Shown here piece after piece: positions 7,562 through 17,264 of a stretch of 42,720 nucleotides of DNA. Under the pieces are notes generated by a model. That model ran no database searches. It was not told the origin of the DNA and saw only the letters and a program-made list of their open reading frames with translations. The DNA lies in the IMG/VR virus record IMGVR_UViG_3300045988_047747. One strand, 5' to 3'. Position 1 is the stretch's first letter; every line of letters starts with the position of its first letter. Both the position numbers and the translations under genes were made by a program. Origin of the DNA: a virus.

Positions 7562-7827
7562 TTTCTTCCATCAGCCCGGACGCGCTGCGGCTGTTTGGCA
7601 GGCCGTATATTTTGCAGCACTGCCTGAACGCTTTGCGGCAAGAGCACATCATGCTCAGCTATCAGGCGTACATGACGGACGCTCTGGCACACCTTATAGG
7701 CGCGGAAGAGCGTTGGTACGACATGGTGGCCGGGCTTGTGGAAAACCGCCCACAGCCGCCGCAGCCGTCCGCTGATGAAGTGATAGCACGCATTAAAAAT
7801 GGCTTGAACGGGGGTGATGAAATCTGA
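7519..7827 (+). CDS. gpT-like extension of the chaperone, expressed as a G-T fusion after a -1 shift
   Basis: The -1 frame ORF has no SD of its own and ends 11 nt before the tape measure start. Confidence 0.65.
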   Translation, partial: ALVSAVGAGGYRRLISSISPDALRLFGRPYILQHCLNALRQEHIMLSYQAYMTDALAHLIGAEERWYDMVAGLVENRPQPPQPSADEVIARIKNGLNGGDEI

Positions 7828-7838
7828 AACTTTTTGAA

Positions 7839-10607
7839 TTGAGCGCCACCCTTGGGCTGGACGACAGCGCCTACCGGCAGGGCGTGGAAGAGGCAAAGTC
7901 TCAGACTAAGACCGCTGTCTCCACCATGATGAAGGATTATAACCGGCTGTACAGTGAGGTCATTCACCTTACGGCAGCCTATCAGAAATCACGGAAAGAG
8001 ACCGGGGAAACCTCCGAAAAAACTAAGGAATTTGCCCAGAAGCTGAAAGAAGCTCAGGCCCAACTCAATACCACGGCACAGGGGCTAAAGACTGCGGAAG
8101 GGTACATGAACAGCTTTGGGGATGCCGCATCGGGGTCCGGCAAGTCTCTGGCCGGTGCTATTGCACAAGGCACGGTCATGGCGGGCATTTTCTCGAAGCT
8201 CGGCTCTGCTGCACTCAGTGCCGCAGAGGGGTTCATCTCTTCCGGCATCGAGTATAACGCCCAGATCGAGAAATACACCACCGGCTTTACCAATATGTTG
8301 GGCAGCGCGGAAGCCGCCCAGCAGGTCATGAGCCAGATCCAGGAAGACGCGGCAAAAACCCCGTTTGATGTCGAGTCCCTGACAAAGGCGAACCAATACT
8401 TGATCTCTGCAGGCGAGAACGCTTCCTATGCCCGCAGTACCATCATGGCACTGGGCGACGCGGTCTCTGCGACCGGCGGCGGCAACGACGAGCTGAACCG
8501 CATGTCCCAGAACCTGCAGCAGATCGCCAACACCGGCAAGGCTACAACGGCTGATATCAAGCAGTTTGCTTATGCCGGCATCGACGTATACGGCATTCTG
8601 GCCGACTACACAGGCAAGTCCACCGCTGAAGTGCAGAAGATGACCATCAGTTATGATCTTCTGACGCAGGCTTTGCAGGCTGCTTCCGAAGAGGGCGGGC
8701 GTTACTACAACAGCATGGACACCCAGAGCCAGACCATGAATGGCCGCGTGTCTACCCTGAAGGACAACGTGAGCCAGCTGACGGGATTGCTGACCGGCGA
8801 TTTATCCGGCGGCATCGGCGTTGTAATCGGCAATCTGAACGACATGCTCGTCGCAGCACAGGAAGCTTACAAAACGGACGGCTGGATTGGTCTCGCAGGC
8901 GCGATCACCGGCCTGACGGAGCCTATCAACACGGCAAAAAACGCTCTCAAGGACTTCGCAAGCAAAGCCACCACATGGCTGGATCAGCTGAGCTATAAAC
9001 TCAACCGTTTTCTCGGAAAAGCCGCCACAGCAGACTTCGATACCTACGAAGAGTACGCGGATGCAAATAACCGGAAGAGTAACCGTAACAGGATGCGGGA
9101 AAATGCATTAAATGGCATTGGCATCAGCAACAAGAGCTGGTCGGAGCGTCAGGCGGAAGCGGCAGCAGCCAGTGGCAACAGAGGCAGCTCCATTACAACC
9201 AGCCCGTCTGGCTCTTCCGCTGGCAAAAAATCCAGATCCTCCGGCTCCAAGTCCACCACCGAAACGGTCATTTCGTCCATCTCCAGCACAGCTACCACCA
9301 CCGCGCAGAATGCGCTGGGCACTGTGACCACCAGTATCCAGACTCTCACTGAAAAGGTCAAGGACAGCGCTGGCAAAATCAAAGACCGCATCACCGAGAC
9401 CACCACCACGACCGGCAAGGAGATGGTGAACGGTGTTGCCACGACTTTTAAGCAGGTCGAGACCAAAGTCAACGGCACGGTCACAAAGGTCACAAAGACC
9501 TATGACGACATGTCAAAAACGCTGCTGGGCACCTTTACCAACGTCTCGGAAACCACCTTTAACGGCATCACCACAAAGGTGCAGCAGGCGGTGGAAAAGT
9601 ACGCGGACGGCAGCGAGCATATCAAAAAGACCGTCACAGAGACCGGCCAGCGCATCGGCGAGAACGGCGCGGAGACCTACGAGAAGATCATCACCTACAT
9701 CGACGGCGTTCAAGACAAGGTTACGGAAACCTCCAACGAGATCGACAAGAGCGTGAAGGGCACCCAGAGCCGCATTGACCAGCAGCTGAGCGAGGCTTCC
9801 GGTCAGCTGGATAAGGGCATTTTCGGGCTGGTAAAGAACACCTTCAAAGACGCCAAAAACGGCGACTGGGCAAGTCTTGGGCTGGATTTTGTCAATCTGA
9901 TCTGGGGCGAAGTGTCGCAGGGGCAGCGTAACGTGATCTCTAAGTGGCTTACGGACGCACTGACCGCGGTCAACGAGGGCTACTTCAGCGGTGGCATCGG
10001 CAAGGCATTTGATATCTTCCAGAAGCTTTTTTCTGACGGCGGGGTAAAATCCGATATCGACGGTGTGACCAATTCGGTCAAGGCTTTTGGTGAGATCATC
10101 GACGATCTTGCAGGCTCCGGCGGCGTGGGCGGCGCTCTAGGCAGCATCGTCCAGAGCTTTTCCGGCATGGCTGGCGGCATCACGTCTGCGCTGGGCACTA
10201 TCGTGTCTTTTGTTGCAGCAAATCCTATTCTTGCCCTGATCCTGGGCGTGGGCGCTGTCGCTGGCGGCATTGGCCTTGCCATGTGGATGGACAAGAAGAA
10301 TAATCAGAAGCCTGTCAGCCACTACCAGAGCCCCTTTGACAAAACCGGCATGTATGACAGTCTGGGCACCTTCTCCACCCGTGCGGCCCTGCAGTACCGC
10401 GTCACCGGCCAGCAGTCCATTGTTGACCGGCAGACCAGCATTCTGGAACGCATCGAGGGGATGCTGGACGAGCATCTGCCAGACATCGGCAAGGGTCAGG
10501 TGGTCATGGATTCCGGTGAACTGGTGGGCGTGCTGTCGACCCGCATGGCGACCAACGTAGATGCACGCATCGGCGTGACAGTGGAACGGAAAGCGAGGGG
10601 TGTGTAA
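7839..10607 (+). CDS. Tape measure protein (922 aa)
   Basis: Largest ORF, helical and low-complexity with a C-terminal G-rich hydrophobic segment, in the canonical position. TTG start is uncertain. Confidence 0.9.
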   Translation: MSATLGLDDSAYRQGVEEAKSQTKTAVSTMMKDYNRLYSEVIHLTAAYQKSRKETGETSEKTKEFAQKLKEAQAQLNTTAQGLKTAEGYMNSFGDAASGSGKSLAGAIAQGTVMAGIFSKLGSAALSAAEGFISSGIEYNAQIEKYTTGFTNMLGSAEAAQQVMSQIQEDAAKTPFDVESLTKANQYLISAGENASYARSTIMALGDAVSATGGGNDELNRMSQNLQQIANTGKATTADIKQFAYAGIDVYGILADYTGKSTAEVQKMTISYDLLTQALQAASEEGGRYYNSMDTQSQTMNGRVSTLKDNVSQLTGLLTGDLSGGIGVVIGNLNDMLVAAQEAYKTDGWIGLAGAITGLTEPINTAKNALKDFASKATTWLDQLSYKLNRFLGKAATADFDTYEEYADANNRKSNRNRMRENALNGIGISNKSWSERQAEAAAASGNRGSSITTSPSGSSAGKKSRSSGSKSTTETVISSISSTATTTAQNALGTVTTSIQTLTEKVKDSAGKIKDRITETTTTTGKEMVNGVATTFKQVETKVNGTVTKVTKTYDDMSKTLLGTFTNVSETTFNGITTKVQQAVEKYADGSEHIKKTVTETGQRIGENGAETYEKIITYIDGVQDKVTETSNEIDKSVKGTQSRIDQQLSEASGQLDKGIFGLVKNTFKDAKNGDWASLGLDFVNLIWGEVSQGQRNVISKWLTDALTAVNEGYFSGGIGKAFDIFQKLFSDGGVKSDIDGVTNSVKAFGEIIDDLAGSGGVGGALGSIVQSFSGMAGGITSALGTIVSFVAANPILALILGVGAVAGGIGLAMWMDKKNNQKPVSHYQSPFDKTGMYDSLGTFSTRAALQYRVTGQQSIVDRQTSILERIEGMLDEHLPDIGKGQVVMDSGELVGVLSTRMATNVDARIGVTVERKARGV

Positions 10608-11347
10608 TGGCAAAGCTTCTGGGGGCAAAAATCGGCAATTTTCACACCCTGACAGATTGGGGGCTGTACCTCAAGGTAGGCAGCCCTAAAATCGGCGCGG
10701 CAGAACCGGAAGAATACCTTGTACAGGTCGCCGGATCTGATTCACTGCTGAACCTGACCACATGGGACGATGGCAAGGTGCACTATAAAAAGCGCACCAT
10801 CACCATGGAACTGCTGTGCAACGCGCCAAAAAGCAAGTGGCCCTACATCGAAAGCACCATTGCCAATGCCATTCATGGCAAGTGGCTGCAGTGCCGCTTT
10901 GATGAAGACCCGGCGTGGTACTGGGAAGGGCTTTGGAAAGTCACACCCTCCCGTGACCGGCTTTCCAGCACCTTTACCATCACCGGCACCTGCAACCCCT
11001 TCAAGCGTAGCGTCTACGACGGCACCAACGACTGGCTGTGGGATGACTTCAACTTTGAAACGGACATCGTGCGCAACTACACGAATATCCCGCTCAAGGC
11101 GGGCGAGGACAAAGAGGTGTCCATCACCGGTGCACCGCGTGCGGCCGGCATCTACTTCCAGCGCAGCGAGACCGCCGCAAACATCGCGGTGTCTCTCAAT
11201 GGCTTTGAGGTGGGCATTCTGGCCAAGTCCACCGACTGGCAGTATATCGAGGGGCTTACTATGCCGGATGGCGTAGTGGGCACCCTCGTTTTTGCTGCAT
11301 CGGCAGACTGCAGCATCAGTATCAAGTATTTGGGGGCAAGCCTATGA
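10607..11347 (+). CDS. Distal tail protein (Dit)
   Basis: TAATG coupling to the tape measure gene. 246 aa, in the siphovirus tail-component position. Confidence 0.8.
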   Translation: MAKLLGAKIGNFHTLTDWGLYLKVGSPKIGAAEPEEYLVQVAGSDSLLNLTTWDDGKVHYKKRTITMELLCNAPKSKWPYIESTIANAIHGKWLQCRFDEDPAWYWEGLWKVTPSRDRLSSTFTITGTCNPFKRSVYDGTNDWLWDDFNFETDIVRNYTNIPLKAGEDKEVSITGAPRAAGIYFQRSETAANIAVSLNGFEVGILAKSTDWQYIEGLTMPDGVVGTLVFAASADCSISIKYLGASL

Positions 11348-12987
11348 GCTACAAAGTTTATGCTGGTGTGCAGACGGATGTAGACACATGGAAAACTAAG
11401 GTCTGTATCCACGATATCAGCGACATTACCGACACGAAAAAGCTCATCAGCCCCACGCTGACCCGCGAAGTGGGTAAAGCTGGCTCTTTTGAGTTTACCA
11501 TGCCGCTGGGCAATGTGGCACACTCTGCGCTGCAAAAGCTGCGCACTACGGTAGAGGTGGAACAGGACGGCGTTTCCATCTGGCAGGGCCGTCCCATGAG
11601 CCATGAACAGGATTTTTTGATGCGTCAGAAAATCTACTGCGAAGGGGAGCTTGCGTATCTGAATGACAGCGGCATTGCGCCGTACGCTGCAAAAAATGTG
11701 AGCTTTTCGCAGTTTTTGGAATGGATCTGCGATAACCACAACGGAATGGTAGATGCATACAAAGCTTTTACTCCTGGCAATGTGCAAATGGACATTCCCA
11801 TGATCGTGCCCTATATCGACGGCATCAAAGTCGTGCAGGTGGGTTACAGCTACGATTCTAATGATGGAGATTACATTTACCATTGGGGAATTGTAGATCC
11901 CGTGGATGGAAAGACGAATATTTTCTATGAGGAAACAGAGATCAACAAAGCTTCCTGCCTGAGCTGGGAAATCGATGAAGAGCACATTGCGGAAGGTCGC
12001 ATTATTTCACGGATTGGAAGCAACAATTTCCGCGTGCGTCTGTTTGCAACCTATGTAAAGGGCAAAACGTACGCCGCAAAGGTCGAAGTGAAAAAAGCCG
12101 AAATCGTCTGCGGTACTTGCAACAAGAATTTTGGCACGTACTCCATTTACAACGTTGAGCAGGCATCTGAATCCAAGACCTTTAAGATCACCGAGCAAAA
12201 CGGGAAATACATCCTTGCTATCAACGGCAAGACGGATCCCCGCTTTTTGTTTGATGTCAAGGAACCTACATACAGCTTTGGCGATGGAAAAAACTACGGC
12301 GTTACATGGGACATCTTGCAGAGCGAGCTGGTGGAAAAGTACGGCGGATATCTGGTGCTGCGCCATGCAGAAGATCCTGACGGAAAACCGCGCCGGTATC
12401 TGGACTATCTGCAGGCGATCACCGATAAAAACAGCCAGACGGTGGCTTTTGGAACAAACTTGTTGGATTTGACCAACAACGTCAAAGCAGAGGATATCTA
12501 CACGCGGGTGATCGCGGTAGGTGCCAAAAAGATAACATGGCTTGTTTTTTCGTGGGGCGAGACCATCACAGAAACCGCAAACGATCTGGCTGCACAAAAG
12601 CTTTTTGGCATCATCACAAAAGTGATCTTTATTGAAGGCATCGAAAGCACGCCGCAGTCTTTGCTGGATGCGGCAGAGGAAGAACTTGCCAAAAATCTGC
12701 GCTATCTGAACGGCATGACAGTCAAAGCGGTCGATCTGAAAGACGCTGATATTGATGTCAGCCGTATTGCGATTGGAAAGCAAACGCACATTTTCTCTGC
12801 ACCGCATGGTGTAGATACCTGGTTGCTGTGTTCCAAGCTTGTGGAGCCGTTGGATTCGCCGGATAAAAAGGAGTTTACATTTGGCACTGAGTTTTCCAGC
12901 ATCAGCGACCTGCAGGCTTTGAGTGCACGCAAAGCGTCCGATGCTTACGACTTGAGTCGATCGCTCAAAGGGTACATGTCAGGCTAA
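11344..12987 (+). CDS. Tail-associated lysin-position protein (Tal / prophage tail endopeptidase family)
   Basis: ATGA coupling to Dit. 547 aa. N-terminal SFEFTMPLGN...YCEGELAYLNDS pattern is typical of Tal N-domains. Confidence 0.75.
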   Translation: MSYKVYAGVQTDVDTWKTKVCIHDISDITDTKKLISPTLTREVGKAGSFEFTMPLGNVAHSALQKLRTTVEVEQDGVSIWQGRPMSHEQDFLMRQKIYCEGELAYLNDSGIAPYAAKNVSFSQFLEWICDNHNGMVDAYKAFTPGNVQMDIPMIVPYIDGIKVVQVGYSYDSNDGDYIYHWGIVDPVDGKTNIFYEETEINKASCLSWEIDEEHIAEGRIISRIGSNNFRVRLFATYVKGKTYAAKVEVKKAEIVCGTCNKNFGTYSIYNVEQASESKTFKITEQNGKYILAINGKTDPRFLFDVKEPTYSFGDGKNYGVTWDILQSELVEKYGGYLVLRHAEDPDGKPRRYLDYLQAITDKNSQTVAFGTNLLDLTNNVKAEDIYTRVIAVGAKKITWLVFSWGETITETANDLAAQKLFGIITKVIFIEGIESTPQSLLDAAEEELAKNLRYLNGMTVKAVDLKDADIDVSRIAIGKQTHIFSAPHGVDTWLLCSKLVEPLDSPDKKEFTFGTEFSSISDLQALSARKASDAYDLSRSLKGYMSG

Positions 12988-13005
12988 TGAGACAGGAGGT
13001 GTTTT

Positions 13006-13896
13006 ATGGATAAAACTTTTGATGAAGCCATTGCGGGCATCCGTAAGGCTGAGCGCGGCGTGGAAGTCCGCGAGGACATCGCACAGGGCATGGAGTACGT
13101 CAAGCAGTACGCCGAGGAAGTGACAGACCAGCAGCAGGCCGCTTTGCAGGCCGCTCAGACCGCCACCGGAGCAGCCAGCACCGCGACGAAAAAGGCCGCA
13201 GCAGCTGCAGAGAGCGAAAGCGCCGCCCGGACCTCCGCCGCCGAAGCGGCCCAAAGCGAACGGTCAGCATCCGTAGACGCAACGAACGCGGGAAACTCTG
13301 CCGCTTCTGCCAAAGCTGAAGCGGACAGGGCTGCGGCTATTGTACGCACCGATAAGACGCTATCTGTTGAGGGCGCTCCGGCTGACGCAAAGGCTGTTGG
13401 CGATGCGCTGAAAGGCATCAAGCTCCCTATTGCCACCGCAACCACGCTGGGCGGTGTGAAGGTGGGCAGCGGTCTGACGGTCGATGCGGACGGAACGCTT
13501 TCTGCGGACAGCGCTTTGGCGGCCTACCCCGTGGGCAGCATCTACCAGAGCACCGACCCCACCAGCCCCGCCGCACTGTTCGGCGGTACATGGCAGGAGA
13601 TTGCGCAGAACCGGGTGCTGATGGGTGCATCCTACGCCCACGCAGCGGGTACCACAGTCGAAGCCGGTTTGCCGAACATCACGGGCTCTTTTGTCGCGGA
13701 TGTAAAAAAGGGTGAACATAAGGTATCCGGCGCATTCACTGCCGGCAACGTGATCACATCTACGGGCGAATACAATTCCTTTTCTGATGTATATAAGTTC
13801 AGTCTGGATGCGTCCAAGTCTAATGCCATCTACGGCCGCAGCGCCACCGTGCAGCCTGCCGCCTACTATGTGCACATCTGGCGGCGCGTGGCCTGA
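13006..13896 (+). CDS. Tail fibre / receptor-binding protein with collar-type C-terminal domain
   Basis: Ala-rich coiled stalk. SVEGAPADAKAVGD motif. C-terminus YPVGSIYQS...FGGTWQEI...RVLMG resembles the phage tail-collar domain. Confidence 0.75.
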   Translation: MDKTFDEAIAGIRKAERGVEVREDIAQGMEYVKQYAEEVTDQQQAALQAAQTATGAASTATKKAAAAAESESAARTSAAEAAQSERSASVDATNAGNSAASAKAEADRAAAIVRTDKTLSVEGAPADAKAVGDALKGIKLPIATATTLGGVKVGSGLTVDADGTLSADSALAAYPVGSIYQSTDPTSPAALFGGTWQEIAQNRVLMGASYAHAAGTTVEAGLPNITGSFVADVKKGEHKVSGAFTAGNVITSTGEYNSFSDVYKFSLDASKSNAIYGRSATVQPAAYYVHIWRRVA

Positions 13897-13914
13897 GAAA
13901 GGAGGTTTTGAACC

Positions 13915-14307
13915 ATGAAGATCATTGACGAGACCGGCGCGGTCGTGGAAAACCCGGACCTGACGCTGGGCTACCTGACCGACGACACCGAAGAAGTCAC
14001 CCACCCCGCTGTGGAGGGCGTGGAGGAGCAGTGGCACTGGGAGACCGTGACCGAGTATCCGAACGGCGGCAAGGACGTGCAGCGAGTGGTGGATGTGCCC
14101 GGCGTACAGGCGCAGGAGGAATGGGTGGAACAGGTGCCCATCCAGAAATACATCCGCTACACCGCCGAAGAGCTGGCCGCGCAGGAAGAAGCACGCAAAA
14201 AGGCCGAAGCCCGAGAGAAGCTGCCGGAGACGGTGGCGGCGCTGCAAAAAGAAAACGAGATGTTGAAACAGTGCTTGCTTGAAATGAGCGAGATTGTTTA
14301 TGCATAA
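13915..14307 (+). CDS. Hypothetical protein downstream of the fibre gene (130 aa, acidic)
   Basis: AAAGGAGG SD. Position is typical of fibre accessory genes. Confidence 0.65.
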   Translation: MKIIDETGAVVENPDLTLGYLTDDTEEVTHPAVEGVEEQWHWETVTEYPNGGKDVQRVVDVPGVQAQEEWVEQVPIQKYIRYTAEELAAQEEARKKAEAREKLPETVAALQKENEMLKQCLLEMSEIVYA

Positions 14308-14338
14308 AATCACACAAAAATTAGAAAGGATGGTATTT

Positions 14339-14485
14339 ATGATGGCAATGTTATGGGCACAGGAAATCATGTCTGCTGAGACTATGGAGGATGCAAAGGC
14401 TCTGTACGAGCGCTGCCCCCGCCTGCTGAAGGAGAAAGTCAAGGCAATTCTTATCAAGAGCGGCTTTGAGGAGATCACGCAGTAA
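14339..14485 (+). CDS. Small phage protein (48 aa), XkdX/CD1375-like by position
   Basis: AAAGGA lies 8 nt before ATG 14339. Sits between the fibre accessory gene and the endolysin. Start is uncertain (track start 14294). Confidence 0.45.
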   Translation: MMAMLWAQEIMSAETMEDAKALYERCPRLLKEKVKAILIKSGFEEITQ

Positions 14486-14495
14486 GGAGGACGCT

Positions 14496-15149
14496 ATGGC
14501 TGAAATCATGGATGTGTCCCGATATCAGGGCACAATCAACTGGGAGAAGGTCAAGGCAAGCGGCAAGGTGGACGGCGTGATGATTCGCGCCATGGGCAAC
14601 AGTGCAGCGGGCAGACCCAGTGCGCCCTACACCGACCCGCAGTTTGCCCGCAATTACAGCGAGTGCAAGCGGCTGGGCATACCCTGTGGCGTGTATGGCT
14701 ACTTTAAAGCGGTCAACCGGGAGCAGGCTGACAAGGAGCTGGCTTACTTCAAGGAGCTGCTCGCCGGCCGGAGCTTTGAGCTGCCGGTAGCCGTGGACAT
14801 TGAGGACGAAGTGCAGAAGCCGCTGGGCAAGGCCGCACTGACCGACCTGACGGCCTACATGCTGAGCACGGTGGAAAGCTGGGGCGTGTACGCTCTGCTC
14901 TACACCGGCCTGTGGTTCGGCAGCACCTTCCTGTACATGGGCGGCGCAGCCCTGAAGCCATACGACGTGTGGCTGGCTGCCTACCGGACGAAGAAGCCCG
15001 CTCCCGGCTGGCCCTTTGGCATGTGGCAGTATACCAGCAAGGCCCGTGTACCCGGTGTGACCACCAACGTGGACATGTCCCACGCATACAAGGACTATGC
15101 GGGTATCATCAGCAAGAAGGGTCTGACCCGTCTCCGGGAGGGTAAATGA
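14496..15149 (+). CDS. Endolysin, GH25 muramidase catalytic domain only
   Basis: MDVSRYQGTINWEKVKASGKVDGVMIRA plus later VAVDIED and WQYTS motifs. AAGGAGG SD. No wall-binding repeats. Confidence 0.9.
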   Translation: MAEIMDVSRYQGTINWEKVKASGKVDGVMIRAMGNSAAGRPSAPYTDPQFARNYSECKRLGIPCGVYGYFKAVNREQADKELAYFKELLAGRSFELPVAVDIEDEVQKPLGKAALTDLTAYMLSTVESWGVYALLYTGLWFGSTFLYMGGAALKPYDVWLAAYRTKKPAPGWPFGMWQYTSKARVPGVTTNVDMSHAYKDYAGIISKKGLTRLREGK

Positions 15150-15535
15150 CCGAAAAAGAAGCTTTACTGTGGGTGCTGGGCATCCTGGGCAGCCTGTGCG
15201 CTGCTACCATCACGATCGACAAGGTGCTGGACATCATCCACAAGTACATCAAAAAGGCACAGGCCCCCGACGATGCGCAGAACAAGCGAATGGATACGCT
15301 CGAAAAAAGACTTGGCGTGCTGGAACAGGGACAGCTTCAGCACGCACAGGCCCTTGCAAGAGACCTGCGCCGCTTTGACGGCCTCGATGAAGAGATGCGT
15401 CTCGTCCTTGTTGGCGTGCAAAATCTTTTGGATTCGCAGCTGTCCGGCAACAACCGCGAAGGTATGCAAAAAAGCAAATCCGATATCAACAACTACCTGC
15501 TGAAAGGAGTAACAAATCATGGAAGCAATGTTTAA
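15146..15535 (+). CDS. Membrane-anchored coiled-coil protein of the lysis cassette
   Basis: One N-terminal TM segment (LLWVLGILGSLCAATITI). ATGA coupling to the endolysin gene. Confidence 0.6.
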   Translation: MTEKEALLWVLGILGSLCAATITIDKVLDIIHKYIKKAQAPDDAQNKRMDTLEKRLGVLEQGQLQHAQALARDLRRFDGLDEEMRLVLVGVQNLLDSQLSGNNREGMQKSKSDINNYLLKGVTNHGSNV

Positions 15536-15854
15536 TTTTATCCCCGCACCCATCGCACTGGTACTGATGTTCATTGGCTTTGCCGCGCTGGCTGTTGGCG
15601 CTATCCGGCTGGGTTACAAGCAGTACGTCAAGGACTGGGCGCTGGAGCTCGTGACCATCGCTGAGGACAGCATCATGGGCAGCGGTCAGGGCGCAAAGAA
15701 AAAAGCACAGGTCTTTGCCGCACTGCGCGGCGCACTGCCGGACTGGCTGAAGCCTTTTATCACCGATGAAGTGCTGGACAGCGTGATCGAAAAAGCCGTC
15801 AGCATGATGAAAAAGGCACTTGCAGAAAAGAAGCCTACCATCAACAAGGGGTAA
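15519..15854 (+). CDS. Holin, LL-H-family-like
   Basis: N-terminal TM segment (PAPIALVLMFIGFAALAVGAI) followed by a helical tail resembling LL-H holins. Confidence 0.65.
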   Translation: MEAMFNFIPAPIALVLMFIGFAALAVGAIRLGYKQYVKDWALELVTIAEDSIMGSGQGAKKKAQVFAALRGALPDWLKPFITDEVLDSVIEKAVSMMKKALAEKKPTINKG

Positions 15855-15897
15855 TTTATGAGCTACATGAAAGCGGCACTAAGCAAGGAGCGATGAT

Positions 15898-16104
15898 ATG
15901 AACGCAGTAAATGTCGAAGATTTGCTCGATTTGATTGAATCCATGAAACACGTATCTGCGGATGAAATTATCGCTGCATCAAAAGAGAACAACGAGCTGG
16001 AGCGCATCGCACACATCGCAACGGAAGCAACTTATAATGCCGTTATTAAAAAGTTGGAAAGCCTCCGCGTGTACGCAGTAATCGTTTTGGATAACAAGGA
16101 GTAA
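15898..16104 (+). CDS. Hypothetical protein (68 aa), AT-richer
   Basis: AAGGAG SD. No motif recognised. Confidence 0.6.
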   Translation: MNAVNVEDLLDLIESMKHVSADEIIAASKENNELERIAHIATEATYNAVIKKLESLRVYAVIVLDNKE

Positions 16105-16108
16105 CACC

Positions 16109-16517
16109 ATGACCAGCACTACATACGAGCATTTTGTTGACACCAACAAAATGTACGCCGCACAAGAGCAATTTCGTGACATCACGAAAATGGTGACAAA
16201 ACGTCACCGTTTCGCCGCGCTTGGCAATATGGTGCGCAACGCCGGACAGCTGCCGCAACCCTTCTGGCTCGGTGCTGCCTGTGGCGGCGGCTCGTGTAGT
16301 CTTTCCGCCAGCGTTGCAAGGGCTTAATGCAGAACAGATAAAAGCTGTGATAAAACGTGCGCCGCTTGGGAGGTATGACCGGAAAATCGCCCGGTTGCGG
16401 TACGTTGACCAGCTATGCCAAGTTGATATTGCAGCGCGTGTGCCGTATTGTCGGACGTCAATCGGCAATAGGCTAAAAATTATTGATAAAAAGCTAGACG
16501 AAAGGAGCTCACCGTGA
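16109..16517 (+). pseudogene. ArpU / sigma-70 region-4-like regulator split over two frames (16109..16327 and 16221..16517)
   Basis: Second frame ends with KIARLRYVDQLCQVDIAARVPYCRTSIGNRLKII (HTH-like) but has no SD or plausible start. The frames overlap by 107 nt. Confidence 0.45.
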
Positions 16518-16657
16518 ATCTCGAAAATGTTCCGACCGCAAATCTTATTACAGAGCTTCGCAAACGCGAGGGCGTGAAAACGACCGTTGTTGAGCCCTAT
16601 CAGGACGCAGCGGTAAGCGTCAACGGCCCTGCGCTGGTTCTTGTCGTGACGGATTGA
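16514..16657 (+). CDS. Small BC1881-like protein (47 aa)
   Basis: AAAGGAG lies 6 nt before the GTG. Sequence NLITELRKREGVKTTVVEPYQDAAVSVNGPALVLVV matches my recollection of the BC1881 small-protein family. Confidence 0.5.
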   Translation: MNLENVPTANLITELRKREGVKTTVVEPYQDAAVSVNGPALVLVVTD

Positions 16658-16669
16658 TTGTGGTATAAT
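16641..16669 (+). promoter_or_regulatory. Candidate extended -10 promoter (TTGTCG-17-TGgTATAAT)
   Basis: tggtataat at 16661..16669. No credible CDS lies downstream before the terminator at 16806..16878. Confidence 0.4.
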
Positions 16670-16805
16670 AACATCAGCAAATCCACCCGGCCTCTCAAAG
16701 AAGCGCATTAGGGTGGATATTTGAAAGGCTACGGTCTTTGTAGAGAGCGGCATTGCCTGTGGGCGGTTCCGCTCTTGATTTTAGACTTTGCCGTTTTGGC
16801 AGCAT

Positions 16806-16878
16806 AAAAAAATCCCCTGCTTTGCCGAAGCCCTGCGTTCTACGCGGGGTACTTTGTAGGCAAAGTGGGGGATTTTTT
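16806..16878. terminator. Bidirectional terminator between convergent units
   Basis: A7-tcccctgctttgcc ... ggcaaagtggggga-T6 long hairpin with inner stem ccctgcg/cgcgggg. Confidence 0.7.
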
Positions 16879-16881
16879 GTT

Positions 16882-17205
16882 TTACAGCAGCTTGTAGTGC
16901 TCCGCCAGCAAAAAGCGGACATACGCCGGGCACGCACGCTTTTCACAGCACCAGTCCTGCACGGTTCGCCGCGGAATGCCCGCCCGCTTTGCAAAAGTGG
17001 TCTGAGACAGACTGGTGCGGACTACTAGCTCACGCATTGGAAGATGAGCTAAATCCCAGATGGTGGACAGCCTTGCCTTCTCGGCATCCAAGTCGATGCA
17101 GCCGGAAGTGTCATCCGGGACGCTAAGAGTGATGTTGTTGAGGAACGCTGCCCTGGACGCTTCCGGGTCAGCAGCCATAATAAAGAGTTCAGCAGTAGTA
17201 TACAT
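16882..17205 (-). CDS. HTH DNA-binding protein (107 aa)
   Basis: GAAGGAGAAG SD before ATG 17205. C-terminus LSQTTFAKRAGIPRRTVQDWCCEKRACPAYVRFLL is an XRE-like HTH. Confidence 0.75.
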   Translation of the reverse strand: MYTTAELFIMAADPEASRAAFLNNITLSVPDDTSGCIDLDAEKARLSTIWDLAHLPMRELVVRTSLSQTTFAKRAGIPRRTVQDWCCEKRACPAYVRFLLAEHYKLL

Positions 17206-17264
17206 AGTCTTCTCCTTCTTAAATCTCCCCGGTCGATGTTCGCACATCGGCTGGGGACTTTTCT

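Noticed and set aside
13360-14478. 372-aa minus-strand ORF. Similar long antisense ORFs occur at 2087..3076, 11152..11985, 16046..16753, 18874..20148, 25990..26940, 26633..27880, 29545..30462, 30673..31443, 32737..33546 and 40573..41358.
   Set aside because: All lie opposite well-supported plus-strand genes, lack ribosome-binding sites and translate to implausible R/G/A/C/H-rich sequences.
16753-17028. 91-aa plus-strand ORF across the bidirectional terminator.
   Set aside because: It spans a terminator hairpin and the 3' end of a convergent real gene, has no SD and gives an implausible sequence.
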